Shown here piece by piece: positions 9,187 to 19,106 of a stretch of 64,000 nucleotides of DNA. The stretch spans positions 1 to 64,000 of the forward strand of contig CAXBMO010000002.1 in the NCBI GenBank assembly GCA_963977015.1, written 5' to 3'. The first letter of the stretch is position 1. Each line of letters opens with the position of its first letter. Under the pieces are notes generated by a model that was not told the DNA's origin, searched no databases, and saw only the letters and a program-made list of their open reading frames with translations. Source of the stretch: an uncultured bacterium (GTDB lineage: Bacteria > Verrucomicrobiota > Verrucomicrobiia > Verrucomicrobiales > DEV007). Both the position numbers and the translations under genes were made by a program.

Positions 9187-9987
9187 ATGAAGAAAACTAC
9201 ACTACTCACACTCGCTGCTGCGCTGGCTTCCGGCGTTGCTTTGGCGGACACAATCGTGATCAAGGGTTCCGATACTCTGGGCGCGAAAATGGTTCCCCAA
9301 TTGGCGGAAGCCTATAAGGCGGCGGGAAACGATGCGACTTTCGAAATCGCGGCTGAAGGATCCTCCACTGCCTTCACCTCATTGAAGTCCGGAACCGCTC
9401 AAATCGGCATGTCCAGCCGTGACGTGAAAGACACGGAAAAGGCGGAACTTCCAGGTTTGGTTGAGCACATTGCCGGAGTCGACATGATCGGCGTGATCGT
9501 GAACAAGGCCAACGGCGTTGAAGAGCTTACGCTCGAGCAGGTCGAAGGCATCTTCACCGGCGACATCAGAAACTGGAGCGAAGTTGGCGGCCCTGACGCT
9601 GAGATTTCCGTCTACACCCGCAACACCTCTTCCGGAACCTACAAGTCTTTCCAGAAGCTGGGAATGGCTGGCCGTGACTACGGTGCCGAAACCCAGAAAA
9701 TGGCAGGAAACGAGCAAATCGCTCAGGAAGTCGGCAAGAATGCAAACGGCATCGGTTACGTCGGACTTGCCTACACCGGCGCAGATGGTGTGAAAGCCGT
9801 TTCCGTAGACGGTACTGCCGCCACTCCTGAAATGGCCCTGACTTACCCACTTGCGCGCAAGCTCTACTACTACACGGTTGGCACTCCCGAAGGACAGGCC
9901 GGCGAATTCCTCAAGTGGGCCAAGTCCGCTGACGAAGCCGCCAAAATCGTTGAGAAAGTCGGATTCATCGCTCACCAAGTGAAGTGA
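9187..9987 (+). CDS. pstS: Phosphate ABC transporter substrate-binding protein (copy 2)
   Basis: Same motifs as copy 1 and clearly paralogous over the whole length. Confidence 0.93.
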   Translation: MKKTTLLTLAAALASGVALADTIVIKGSDTLGAKMVPQLAEAYKAAGNDATFEIAAEGSSTAFTSLKSGTAQIGMSSRDVKDTEKAELPGLVEHIAGVDMIGVIVNKANGVEELTLEQVEGIFTGDIRNWSEVGGPDAEISVYTRNTSSGTYKSFQKLGMAGRDYGAETQKMAGNEQIAQEVGKNANGIGYVGLAYTGADGVKAVSVDGTAATPEMALTYPLARKLYYYTVGTPEGQAGEFLKWAKSADEAAKIVEKVGFIAHQVK

Positions 9988-10032
9988 AGCCTGCGTTCTG
10001 ACCCACTGATTTAATCATTTTAACTGAAATTG

Positions 10033-10063
10033 GCGCCCGGAGCACCACTCCGGGCGCTTTTTT
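10033..10063 (+). terminator. Intrinsic terminator or stabilising hairpin between pstS2 and pstC
   Basis: GCGCCCGGAG-CACCA-CTCCGGGCGC-TTTTTT. Confidence 0.8.
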
Positions 10064-10176
10064 GTTGCCCCATTTGGCAACAATGTTTCGAAATCGTCAC
10101 TCACGAAGGACATTTCACGTTTGTCTACGCCGCCGAAAGCGCCTAAACCTCTGGCAACACAGCCACGCCTCCTAAC

Positions 10177-12108
10177 ATGAGCAGAAAATCCGACAACATT
10201 TTCAGTAGCCGAAGATTCCGTTTGTTCGGGGTATTTGACGTTCAGGACCTGATTCAATGGGTCTTTGCCGGCGCGGCAAGTATCGCGATCATCGTCCTGG
10301 TGCTGATCTGCATTTTCCTCTGGAAAGAGGCGCAAGGATTCTTTCCCGTCAATCACCACGAGCTGGTCACCTACCGCCAGACCGGCCAGGAGTTTGTCGA
10401 CTACATCCGCGAGGAGCGGGATCTGCATCGGGAGGTTTCCGGCTCCCTGACCCGTGCCTACTACAGCGAGGTCAACCTTTCCGCATTCAACGAAGACGAT
10501 CAAATCAAGGCATATGGGGCGCTGGTCCGACTTCCGGCGACGGGAGTCCCTGATGAGCACCGTGCGCTCGTCGCCGCTTTGGAACTCACTCCAGACGATC
10601 CCGAACGCATCGCCACACTTCGAGCCGAACTCAAGGAAGCGACCAGAAAACTCTACCAGCGGACCAACCGCCGGGGTCTCGGCTTCAAAACCCGGATCAC
10701 TCGTGAGCAACTGACCAAGCTCAAGGAGATCGCTCTGGAGATTCAACCCGGGATGGACGATGAGCCCCAACTCATCGCGGACCTGAAGGCGGCCAAGAAG
10801 GAGAAAAATGCGAAAGCGAAGGAAGATTATCAGGAGCTTTACGATCTTTCGAAAGAGTTCAGTGCTGCGGGAAGGGAATTGACCAGCCTCTGGAGTTCTT
10901 TGCGCCGAGAAGCATTGGCGATTCGGGAAAAGGCCGACGCGGCAACCTCAGGGCCCATCACCATTGAGATTCTGACGAAGAACGCCGAAATCGCTGAAGC
11001 TGAGGGAGATCTGGAGAAAGCAAAGCAGGAACGCGCCAAGGCCGCCGCCATTGAGATTACGGAAGTGGATTTCGATGCCGTGGACCAGATTTTCTACGAT
11101 TCGGTCGATGAACACTCGGCAATCGCAGCAAAGCTCATTGCCGACACCAAAGAAATCTTCACTCGGATTCCCAAGAAAAGTGACTCTCCGAACGCGACGG
11201 AAAACCTGAAAGCCGCCCACCGTGTCAGCAAGAGCCTGATCGCCAAGCTAAAGAAGAACGAAAAGAAAGTCAGCAACTGGAGTCATTTGAAGAACTACTC
11301 CTTCATTGGGTCGATCAAGGATTTCTTCTTCGGCAAGGACTGGGTCACGAACAGTTCCTGGCATGATTTCTTCGGTGTGCTGCCCCTCTTTACCGGTTCA
11401 CTCCTCATTTCCTTGATCGCCATCATCGTGGCCGTGCCCTTCGCCGTTGGCGCCGCGATCTATGTCAATCAGCTGGCGAGCAAGAGAGAGCAGGAAGTCT
11501 TGAAACCCGCCATCGAGTTTATCGAGGCGGTCCCTTCCATTGTTTTGGGGTTCTTTGGAATCATGGTTCTGGGAACGTTTCTTCGCGAGTTGAGCCAGAT
11601 GGATATGTTTTCCTGGATTCCCGGCTTTCCAATGTCGGAGCGCCTCAACATCTTGAACGCGGGACTGCTTCTCTCGTTCATGGCCATTCCCACAATTTTC
11701 ACGCTGACCGAGGATGCCCTCAACAATGTTCCGCAAGCCTACTCTCAAGCGTCGCTCGCGTTGGGAGCCAGCAAGATGCAGACCGTTCTCGGGGTCATTC
11801 TTCCATCGGCGCTTTCCGGTGTTGTTGCCGCCATTCTCCTGGGATTTGGCCGGATCATCGGTGAAACCATGGTTGTGCTCCTCGTGGCGGGAAACAAGAT
11901 CTCAATGCCAGACTGGAGCGCCGGAATTGGAGTGATTACCCAGCCCACTCACACGATGACCGGAATTATTGCCCAGGAACTGGGAGAGGTTGATGAGGGG
12001 TCCGAGCACTGGGGCGCGCTTTTCATGATCGGAATGATCCTTTTTACCATTTCACTCATCATCAATTTCTCAGCCCAGGAAATCATTAAGAAGTTCCAAC
12101 GCGCTTAA
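10177..12108 (+). CDS. pstC: Phosphate ABC transporter permease PstC with a large helical insertion
   Basis: FGVLPLFTGSLLIS, AVPSIVLGFFG, EDALNNVP..ASLALGA, RIIGETM. Confidence 0.92.
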   Translation: MSRKSDNIFSSRRFRLFGVFDVQDLIQWVFAGAASIAIIVLVLICIFLWKEAQGFFPVNHHELVTYRQTGQEFVDYIREERDLHREVSGSLTRAYYSEVNLSAFNEDDQIKAYGALVRLPATGVPDEHRALVAALELTPDDPERIATLRAELKEATRKLYQRTNRRGLGFKTRITREQLTKLKEIALEIQPGMDDEPQLIADLKAAKKEKNAKAKEDYQELYDLSKEFSAAGRELTSLWSSLRREALAIREKADAATSGPITIEILTKNAEIAEAEGDLEKAKQERAKAAAIEITEVDFDAVDQIFYDSVDEHSAIAAKLIADTKEIFTRIPKKSDSPNATENLKAAHRVSKSLIAKLKKNEKKVSNWSHLKNYSFIGSIKDFFFGKDWVTNSSWHDFFGVLPLFTGSLLISLIAIIVAVPFAVGAAIYVNQLASKREQEVLKPAIEFIEAVPSIVLGFFGIMVLGTFLRELSQMDMFSWIPGFPMSERLNILNAGLLLSFMAIPTIFTLTEDALNNVPQAYSQASLALGASKMQTVLGVILPSALSGVVAAILLGFGRIIGETMVVLLVAGNKISMPDWSAGIGVITQPTHTMTGIIAQELGEVDEGSEHWGALFMIGMILFTISLIINFSAQEIIKKFQRA

Positions 12109-12130
12109 TCATCCTATTTCCACTTCTGCA

Positions 12131-13291
12131 ATGAACGAAACCGCTGAATCCGCCCACCCGTTTACGATCCCTGATCGCAAGCAGTTCAAAAAGGACCTGA
12201 CCAAGAAGGCCTTGGTGATGTTTTTCACCTACTTCATCGTCGTGTTCTTCGCGATTATTTTCGCCGACATCGTGAAGAAGGGGTTCCCGGTCATCTTCCC
12301 CGGGTTCTCAGAAAAAGGGGCTCCGCTCTTTGATGCAGAGTTTTTCACGAAAATGCCCGGCACTCTGGTCGCTTTTGAGGATGAAAACGGAGTCTCGCAT
12401 CGAAAGGACATCGCTGAGTTTCGAGAATTCAGAGAAAACAATCCTGATGCTGTCGTCCGCAAAGAACATCGCTACTCCTACTCCGGCGGCGGAATTCTCG
12501 GGCCTCTGATTGGCACGATTTTGTTGGTCTTGATCTGTATTGTGGTCGCGCTGGTCGTAGGCATCGCATCCGCGATCTACCTGAGTGAATACAGTTCAAA
12601 GGGGCCGCTCATGCGGCTCGTTCGACTCGCGATGCTCAATTTGGCCGGTGTCCCATCGATCGTCTACGGGCTTTTCGGCCTGGGGTTCTTCTGTTACGCC
12701 TTTCCCGTTTTCACGACGGAAGTCGCCGACCGAAGCATCTTCTACTTCCAACTCCCGGGAAGTTCGATATTTTTCAGTTTACAGGGCTTTGGCACATCGA
12801 TGACGGCTGGTGGCCTCACGTTGGCGGCGATGACACTTCCGGTCATTATCACGGCCTGCGAAGAGTCTCTCAAAGCCGTCCCGATGGGATTTCGGGAAGC
12901 GTCTCTCGCCTTGGGAGCAACCAAATGGGAAACCATTCGCAAAGCAGTCCTCCCCTACGCCCTCCCGGGCATGCTGACAGCCTCGGTCCTTGGCATCACC
13001 CGGGTGGCCGGAGAAACCGCTCCCATCATGTTTACCGCCGCCGCAGCGCACAAGGACCAACTTCCCTGGCAAAATTTGAGCAGCGGAATTGCCGCGATTC
13101 CCGAATTTTTCACCCAATCGGTCCAAGCGCTCCCCTACCACATTTACACGGTTGCCGCGCGGATTCCGCAGTCGGAATACACGAAGCCGATGCAATATGG
13201 TTCGGTATTTGTCTTCATGATTGCCGTCATGATCCTGGCCGCTCTTTCCATCTACCTCCGGGTCCGGGCCAGAAACGCTCTAAAGTGGTAG
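12131..13291 (+). CDS. pstA: Phosphate ABC transporter permease PstA
   Basis: [43 protein letters not shown]. Confidence 0.93.
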   Translation: MNETAESAHPFTIPDRKQFKKDLTKKALVMFFTYFIVVFFAIIFADIVKKGFPVIFPGFSEKGAPLFDAEFFTKMPGTLVAFEDENGVSHRKDIAEFREFRENNPDAVVRKEHRYSYSGGGILGPLIGTILLVLICIVVALVVGIASAIYLSEYSSKGPLMRLVRLAMLNLAGVPSIVYGLFGLGFFCYAFPVFTTEVADRSIFYFQLPGSSIFFSLQGFGTSMTAGGLTLAAMTLPVIITACEESLKAVPMGFREASLALGATKWETIRKAVLPYALPGMLTASVLGITRVAGETAPIMFTAAAAHKDQLPWQNLSSGIAAIPEFFTQSVQALPYHIYTVAARIPQSEYTKPMQYGSVFVFMIAVMILAALSIYLRVRARNALKW

Positions 13292-13346
13292 ACCTCCCTC
13301 CAATTTCAATTTAGTTAACTTACCTTTTTCCCAACTCCTTAGTTTT

Positions 13347-14192
13347 ATGGAAAACGCAACCCAAACGCCTTCCGCCGCCACCTCCACGTCCCCCCAAAAG
13401 GCTCAGAGTTCAACGTCAGCTGCGACCTCTGTCGAAACCATTGTGGATATCAAGGACGTCAACTTCAGCTACGACGGCAAGAAAGACACGTTGAAAGACA
13501 TCAGTTTTCCGATGTATCGAAACGAGGTTACCGCGTTCATCGGACCTTCCGGCTGTGGAAAATCGACCCTTTTGCGGTGTCTCAACCGAATGAATGATCT
13601 GATTCCCGGCGCTTCCGTGACCAAAGGGCAGATCAATATCATGGATCAGGATATTTACGCGCCGGAAGTGGACGTCATTGAGTTGCGCAAGCAGGTGGGA
13701 ATGGTCTTCCAAAAATCCAACCCGTTCCCGAGAAGCATTTACGATAACATTGCCTACGGGTTGCGTGTTGCGGGAATCACGGCACCCGATGAATTGGATC
13801 AAATCGTGCAGGAAAGCCTTGAAGGCGCGGCGCTGTGGGAAGAGGTCAAAGACCGTCTGCAAGACAACGCCACGGGCCTTTCCGGTGGTCAACAACAGCG
13901 ACTTTGTATTGCGCGCACCATCGCGGTGAAACCCAAAATCATCCTGATGGATGAGCCTTGTTCGGCACTTGACCCCATCGCAACAGCCAAGGTCGAGGAT
14001 TTGATCAACCAACTCAAATCCGATTTCACGATCGTGATCGTCACCCACAACATGCAACAGGCGACGCGAGTTTCAGACCGGACCGCCTTTTTCTATCTTG
14101 GCGAGCTGATCGAATACGATAACACGACCAAGCTCTTTACCAGCCCGAGCAAGACCCAGACGGAAGACTACATCAGTGGTCGATTTGGCTAA
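13347..14192 (+). CDS. pstB: Phosphate ABC transporter ATP-binding protein PstB
   Basis: [47 protein letters not shown]. Confidence 0.97.
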   Translation: MENATQTPSAATSTSPQKAQSSTSAATSVETIVDIKDVNFSYDGKKDTLKDISFPMYRNEVTAFIGPSGCGKSTLLRCLNRMNDLIPGASVTKGQINIMDQDIYAPEVDVIELRKQVGMVFQKSNPFPRSIYDNIAYGLRVAGITAPDELDQIVQESLEGAALWEEVKDRLQDNATGLSGGQQQRLCIARTIAVKPKIILMDEPCSALDPIATAKVEDLINQLKSDFTIVIVTHNMQQATRVSDRTAFFYLGELIEYDNTTKLFTSPSKTQTEDYISGRFG

Positions 14193-14207
14193 CCCTTGTA
14201 GGCTGCG

Positions 14208-14972
14208 TTAGGCACTTTCGACCGCAGGCTTTGCCATTTGGTTGGCCCTTACTCCTCCATCGACAAAGATGGTCTCGCCCGTAATATAGGCAGCATCATC
14301 GCTCAACAAGAAGATGGCAGCGCCGGCACACTCGCCCGGTCTTCCTAGGCGGCTCATGGGAATGTTGTCACAAGCAAACTGATGAAGCGCCGCTGATTGC
14401 ACGACGCCTTCGGTCAGCCGGGTTCGAATCAATCCCGGAGCGACCGCATTAAAACGAAGTCTCGGCGCAAACTGAATGGCAAAAGCACGGACGACTCCAC
14501 CGAGAGCGGCACAGGCGGGATCATACGCCAGGTGATCGGGTTCAGACTGTTCCGCATTGATGGAGGTGACGGCGACCAAGGAAGCTCCATCTTCCGCGAC
14601 TTTGGCAAACTCCGTTGCAAGAAGATAGCCGGCCCGAGCCTTGATGTTCATGGTCTCCTCCCACAATTGAACCTCAGACTTGGTTCCCGGATTGCCTTCC
14701 GGATAAACCCCGGCGCAATGCACCAAGCCATCAATCCCGCCCATGAGCGCCTTTGCGTCACGAACGGTCTGGGTCGGTTCATCCGTGGTTCCCAAATCAG
14801 CGATGAGGTAGTCGGCACCCAGGTCCTTCAATTCCTCCCACTCAAAGGGTTCACTCTCCTCGGCAGCGACCACCACACGGTCCGCCCCTTCAATAAACAG
14901 GCGCTTGACGATGGCCCGGCCAATTCCCCTCGTTCCGCCGGTTACCAAAACTCGCTTTCCGATAAGTCTCAT
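14208..14972 (-). CDS. SDR-family oxidoreductase with atypical active-site motif (YDPAC)
   Basis: TGGTRGIG, NAVAPGLIRT, YITGETIFVDGG; ATG overlaps the cupin stop (ATGA). Confidence 0.88.
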   Translation of the reverse strand: MRLIGKRVLVTGGTRGIGRAIVKRLFIEGADRVVVAAEESEPFEWEELKDLGADYLIADLGTTDEPTQTVRDAKALMGGIDGLVHCAGVYPEGNPGTKSEVQLWEETMNIKARAGYLLATEFAKVAEDGASLVAVTSINAEQSEPDHLAYDPACAALGGVVRAFAIQFAPRLRFNAVAPGLIRTRLTEGVVQSAALHQFACDNIPMSRLGRPGECAGAAIFLLSDDAAYITGETIFVDGGVRANQMAKPAVESA

Positions 14973-15463
14973 GCGAAGAGTTGCTTGAGGGATTGATGAT
15001 AGGCTTCGCAGTTGGAATCCCCTTCCGGTGGCGCCCATTCCGCGAACGTTTTGTCGTTTGCCGGATCATAAGGTCCCTTTTTCACCTCCAGAATCACGGA
15101 ATTGGGAGCCAGGCAGACCATTCCATGCCAAACCCCGTTCTGGATGTCGATCAATCCGGTTCCATCGCCGAGCAGCTCGTGAACCTTTTTCACCTTCCCG
15201 TCCGGCTCAAAAATGACAAAGCCAATCCGGCCGCGAAGAACATGAACGGTTTCGATTTGTCCTTCGAGCGGATGAACGTGCGGCTGGACGTAGGTTCCGG
15301 GTTGAAAGAAGTTCAACATCCGCTGAACCGGAGCATCCTGGGTGCGATGAAGAGGAAGGATGATGCGCTTCCTCGGGCTATCGCGCGACTTTTCAAATCC
15401 TTGGGCCAGGATCTTTCCATCGAGCACAAAACTGTCCTCCGTTACATTGGGAAATGCGAGCAT
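14969..15463 (-). CDS. WbuC-family cupin-fold metalloprotein
   Basis: SPRKR..LH, QRMLNFFQPGTYVQPHVH, WHG, ILEVKKGPY..FAEWAPPEG. Confidence 0.88.
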   Translation of the reverse strand: MLAFPNVTEDSFVLDGKILAQGFEKSRDSPRKRIILPLHRTQDAPVQRMLNFFQPGTYVQPHVHPLEGQIETVHVLRGRIGFVIFEPDGKVKKVHELLGDGTGLIDIQNGVWHGMVCLAPNSVILEVKKGPYDPANDKTFAEWAPPEGDSNCEAYHQSLKQLFA

Positions 15464-15478
15464 CAGTTGAGATTGGGG

Positions 15479-16498
15479 TTAGAGGTTTTCGGCAGCCAGA
15501 AGCAGCCAATTGTCGTCAACGGATTCAACTTTTCGATAAGCGACATTCCCCTCATCGTCGATCTCGGAAAGGATCGTGGTTTTCGGTGGAATGTGACCGC
15601 TGGCGATCGACAACAAGTGGTAGAGGAAGGAGCGCTTTGGCTGATACGCGTGGTTATACCAGAAAAACTGACGCTCTTGTTCCGCCTTTTTCGCCAACGC
15701 ATTTTTGAGCAGCGTTTCCTCTTTCTTGGTGGGAAAATCGACAAAATCGAGAACCCCGCCATGAAGCTGACTAAACGGGGCAAAGTTCGCGATCCACTCG
15801 CGAATCTCATTCCATTTCAGCTTGTCGGCATTGGTCTCCAATCCCGCGGCGGCCGACTCCATGACCTTGTCGATCAACGTGTCGTAAAAGTTATCGGACT
15901 TGAAATCCAGATTCTCCCAGCCAAAGCCATCGAACATGTTGTGACCGCCGACGATGTTTCCATACCACTGACTGGGAAGACCATTCGGGTTCTCTTTCAG
16001 TCCATAGAATTTCAACGCCTCCTTTTGCTTTCCGGTCAGGCTTTTGAGTTCCGGAAAAAAGTCATATTGCACGGGCGGACTCACCAGGAGAACGGGCTTC
16101 AGTTGCAACCGTGCGGTGATGATTTCGTGAACCGTGCCGACGCTGTAGATATTGGTTGGGACAAACGCGACGACAAAATCGCTGATATCCGTCATCCGAA
16201 GATCAATATGCACGGTTTCCCAAAAATCCTGTTCAAACCGGGCTCGCGTCTCACGGTTGGTCCAGAAATCCAATTCATATTGGGCCTTCGCCGGGAGCAG
16301 CCCTTCCCTTCCGTAATCTCCGTCGTGCCCCAGCACCGGAGGTTTGTTCCAGGGATCGAGAACGGTGACCGAGAGCAACCTCAAGAGCGGGGTGAGGATG
16401 GAACGCCAACCCAAGTACTTCTCCACAACCCGGGATCCCACAAAATCCATCGGGCCGGACAAATACGAACGCGTGTTCTGGAGAAGATTGGCTCGCAT
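15479..16498 (-). CDS. Nucleoside 2-deoxyribosyltransferase (NDT)-fold protein with C-terminal extension
   Basis: YLSGPMDF, DPWNKP, DLRMTDISDFVVAF, SVGTVHEIITA..KPVLLV follow the NDT/N-glycosidase motif order. Confidence 0.6.
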   Translation of the reverse strand: MRANLLQNTRSYLSGPMDFVGSRVVEKYLGWRSILTPLLRLLSVTVLDPWNKPPVLGHDGDYGREGLLPAKAQYELDFWTNRETRARFEQDFWETVHIDLRMTDISDFVVAFVPTNIYSVGTVHEIITARLQLKPVLLVSPPVQYDFFPELKSLTGKQKEALKFYGLKENPNGLPSQWYGNIVGGHNMFDGFGWENLDFKSDNFYDTLIDKVMESAAAGLETNADKLKWNEIREWIANFAPFSQLHGGVLDFVDFPTKKEETLLKNALAKKAEQERQFFWYNHAYQPKRSFLYHLLSIASGHIPPKTTILSEIDDEGNVAYRKVESVDDNWLLLAAENL

Positions 16499-16500
16499 TT

Positions 16501-17025
16501 TCAAGCAATCGGGCTTCTTTCGATCAAGTCAATTTCAAGGGTGAGATCATTGGCAATCGTTTCCAGCTCAGTCCGGAGATTTTCCAGCGTTGCCGACTCC
16601 TGAATCCCCAATTTCGCCTGCGCCCGAAAGAGTCGTTCGCCCGACATTGGCGCGCTGACACACTCGGTCTCCAATTCCTCCACGTTGATCTGGTTGGCTC
16701 GCAACGCCCGGGTCAGCTCTCGAAGAATCCCCGGTCGATCCGGCCCGACGAGCTCCAGCGAAATCACCTGTTTCGGAATCTGGGCCAGCCCGGCATCTTC
16801 CTCCATGTTGACGGACACATCGCTCAACTGACTTAGCGCGTTGCGCAGTTCAGCGGCCCGTGCGGCAGGCACTTCCACCCGAACAATCCCGGCAAACTGA
16901 CCGGCAAGGTGGGCCATCCGGCTTTCGACCCAATTCCCATCATGATTCGCGACAACTTCCGCGACTGATTCGACCAGTCCAGCACGGTCCGCTCCGAGAA
17001 GCGTCATTACAAAGGAAGTTAACAT
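16501..17025 (-). CDS. gcvR: Glycine cleavage system regulator-like double-ACT protein
   Basis: GADRAGLV..NWVESRMAHLAGQFAG and GPDRPGIL..NVEELET..APMSGE. Confidence 0.85.
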   Translation of the reverse strand: MLTSFVMTLLGADRAGLVESVAEVVANHDGNWVESRMAHLAGQFAGIVRVEVPAARAAELRNALSQLSDVSVNMEEDAGLAQIPKQVISLELVGPDRPGILRELTRALRANQINVEELETECVSAPMSGERLFRAQAKLGIQESATLENLRTELETIANDLTLEIDLIERSPIA

Positions 17026-17108
17026 GTTCGAACAAAATGGCAGAAATCGCCCGGTCGAAAGGGAAAACTTCGCTCATCTCCCTTTTTCCGCCTGCGATCG
17101 CGGTCAGG

Positions 17109-19106
17109 CTACGAAATCAACGCTCCGGCATACCCGACAACGCTGGAGGTATCTTTGGTAACCCGGGCGCTGGTGTCATAGCGCGTGATCTCCACCCCGC
17201 AGGTTTGGCCTTCTTCGTTGAGAAGCGACTTGAGCACCGCCACAGCCGGTCTCATCCCACACATGCTGATCCGGTTTTCCAAACACACATCATACAACCC
17301 TTTGGGATCAACGGCTCGAAGCTGCGCCAACGCCATTTCATCGAGCCTTCGGTTTTCCTCTTCGGTCGCGAAATGGTTCAAATCGCTCGAAATAACGAAG
17401 AGCAAGTCGCCTCCCCGTTCCTCCCGCAACAAACGGAGCGCGTCACCAAGTTCATCCAGCAAATCAAAATCCGCCGCCCCAATTGCGATGGGAACGATTC
17501 GGAGCTCCGGATTTTTTCGATGCAGAAAGGGAAGCAGAACCTCGCAACCATGCTCCTTGCGATGGGCTTCGTCCTCGCGCCGCAACAAATTGACCTTCGA
17601 ACAGAGAAAATCAGCCGCCTCCTCATCCAGCGGAATCCGGGCCCCGGGAATCTGCCATTTTTGGGCGGCGCTAACGGACCAATTCGCGCCTTCCTGACGA
17701 TGTTTGGGGCCAATGACGACAACCAGATTCGGGATCGTCACCCGTTGCAGGGTTTCGGCGATGATGTCCCCGCAATACGGCCATCCTGCGTGAGGCAGCA
17801 TGATTGCGCGAAAGGGGCCCGGCTCGGATTCAGTCTTCGAGGCGAAGAACGCGTCCAACTGCTTGTTCATGTCCACTTCATTGCCCGGATAGAAAGTCCC
17901 GGCAACCGCAGCAGGTCGAACTCCCGGCGGAACGGGGGTGCTGGCAAACCCAACCTCGTGTGGGGCTCTTCGAATTTCCCGGATTTGGAACGCGAGCATT
18001 TCCACTTCGGACGCCGTCCATTGAGCAAGCGTGAATCCGGTTGATTTGAGGACGTTTGCCAAAGAATCCCCCATATCTTCCTGCGGAAGTTGCAGGGCAA
18101 ACTGATCGCCCCGTTGAGCAATCAAGGCACTGCGGCCGAGCATTCCGAATCGCGAAGGGTAGTCCTTTGGTTGAAGCGCGATGGCATGGCTGAGCAAGCG
18201 AATCCGTTGAGTCGGTTGAATCTCGATTCCCTGGCGGCGCGCGTCTTCAATGATGTTGGCCGCAGCCGTTTTCAAGAGATCAGGAATCGAGGCACTTGGC
18301 ATCAAGGCGGTTGCCCGGAGCCCATTGAGCGTCTCCACCACAATTCCAACCGGACTCTTCGATGATTGGAGAAGGAAAGGCGACAACCGAAACTGTCCTG
18401 ACGTGTTGCTCAAGAGAGCATCGCTGATCACGAGCAGGCGTTGCAGCTCCGAGGCGCTCAATTCTGCCACGTCCAGTTCCGCCGGTTCCGGCGTTGAAAC
18501 GAAGTGGCGACCTCGAAACGTCATCAGTTTTGCATTCGCGTTTTTCCACGCGTCCTTGGCAAGACCGGCTTTGCGGCAAACCTGCCCAAGGAACGTCACT
18601 TCATCCCAGCCGTTTTCGGTGGCAACCTGCGGCAGAAGCAAACCACGTTGGCCTCCCATTGTAATGCTCAATCCGTGTTCCCCAACCGTCACGGCGTTGG
18701 CTCGGTCCTCGCCCGACTCTTTCACGTCATGCGGATCATACATCGGCGAAATTTCAACGGTGAGGAACGGCAGTTCTCGTGGATGAATGGACGGAAAGCG
18801 TGAGTCGTTCATCGCGGTCTCCGATGCGGCGTAGCGCAAGAGTTCGCCGACCGTTTTCGTCCTCGCCGCTCCAAAATTCCCGATGCAGGCGCGTAACATC
18901 TTTCCTCGCCGCAAGGTGACAAACATCCCAAACCCAGGTTTGGCGGCCAACTCCGGCGGCAACGTTTCGCCCGGTTCCTGCCCCAGCACCGCCGCCTCCA
19001 CCACTGAGCGGGCAACCTTCAGCATCGCGTCTTCCTCAGCTGGTTCGAAGTCCGTTTTCACTGAATTCATTTGGGAAGCAGCGCCCGCCCCCCCCCGGTT
19101 GTCCAT
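17109..19106 (-). CDS. AmmeMemoRadiSam protein A (AMMECR1) - protein B (MEMO1) fusion; start uncertain, possibly the continuation of the radical SAM ORF
   Basis: GMFVTL..LRACIG, DSRF, GLLLPQVA, CRKAGL (AMMECR1); RPAAVAGTFYP, PHAGW, GPKH, EHGCEV, ISSDLNH, SMCG, VVGYAG (MEMO). Confidence 0.88.
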   Translation of the reverse strand: MDNRGGAGAASQMNSVKTDFEPAEEDAMLKVARSVVEAAVLGQEPGETLPPELAAKPGFGMFVTLRRGKMLRACIGNFGAARTKTVGELLRYAASETAMNDSRFPSIHPRELPFLTVEISPMYDPHDVKESGEDRANAVTVGEHGLSITMGGQRGLLLPQVATENGWDEVTFLGQVCRKAGLAKDAWKNANAKLMTFRGRHFVSTPEPAELDVAELSASELQRLLVISDALLSNTSGQFRLSPFLLQSSKSPVGIVVETLNGLRATALMPSASIPDLLKTAAANIIEDARRQGIEIQPTQRIRLLSHAIALQPKDYPSRFGMLGRSALIAQRGDQFALQLPQEDMGDSLANVLKSTGFTLAQWTASEVEMLAFQIREIRRAPHEVGFASTPVPPGVRPAAVAGTFYPGNEVDMNKQLDAFFASKTESEPGPFRAIMLPHAGWPYCGDIIAETLQRVTIPNLVVVIGPKHRQEGANWSVSAAQKWQIPGARIPLDEEAADFLCSKVNLLRREDEAHRKEHGCEVLLPFLHRKNPELRIVPIAIGAADFDLLDELGDALRLLREERGGDLLFVISSDLNHFATEEENRRLDEMALAQLRAVDPKGLYDVCLENRISMCGMRPAVAVLKSLLNEEGQTCGVEITRYDTSARVTKDTSSVVGYAGALIS

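Noticed and set aside
14981-16603. Long antisense ORFs (14981..16603, also 16860..18044, 35979..37238, 61300..62877)
   Set aside because: They lie opposite genes with clear motifs and have no recognisable domains; expected in GC-rich DNA
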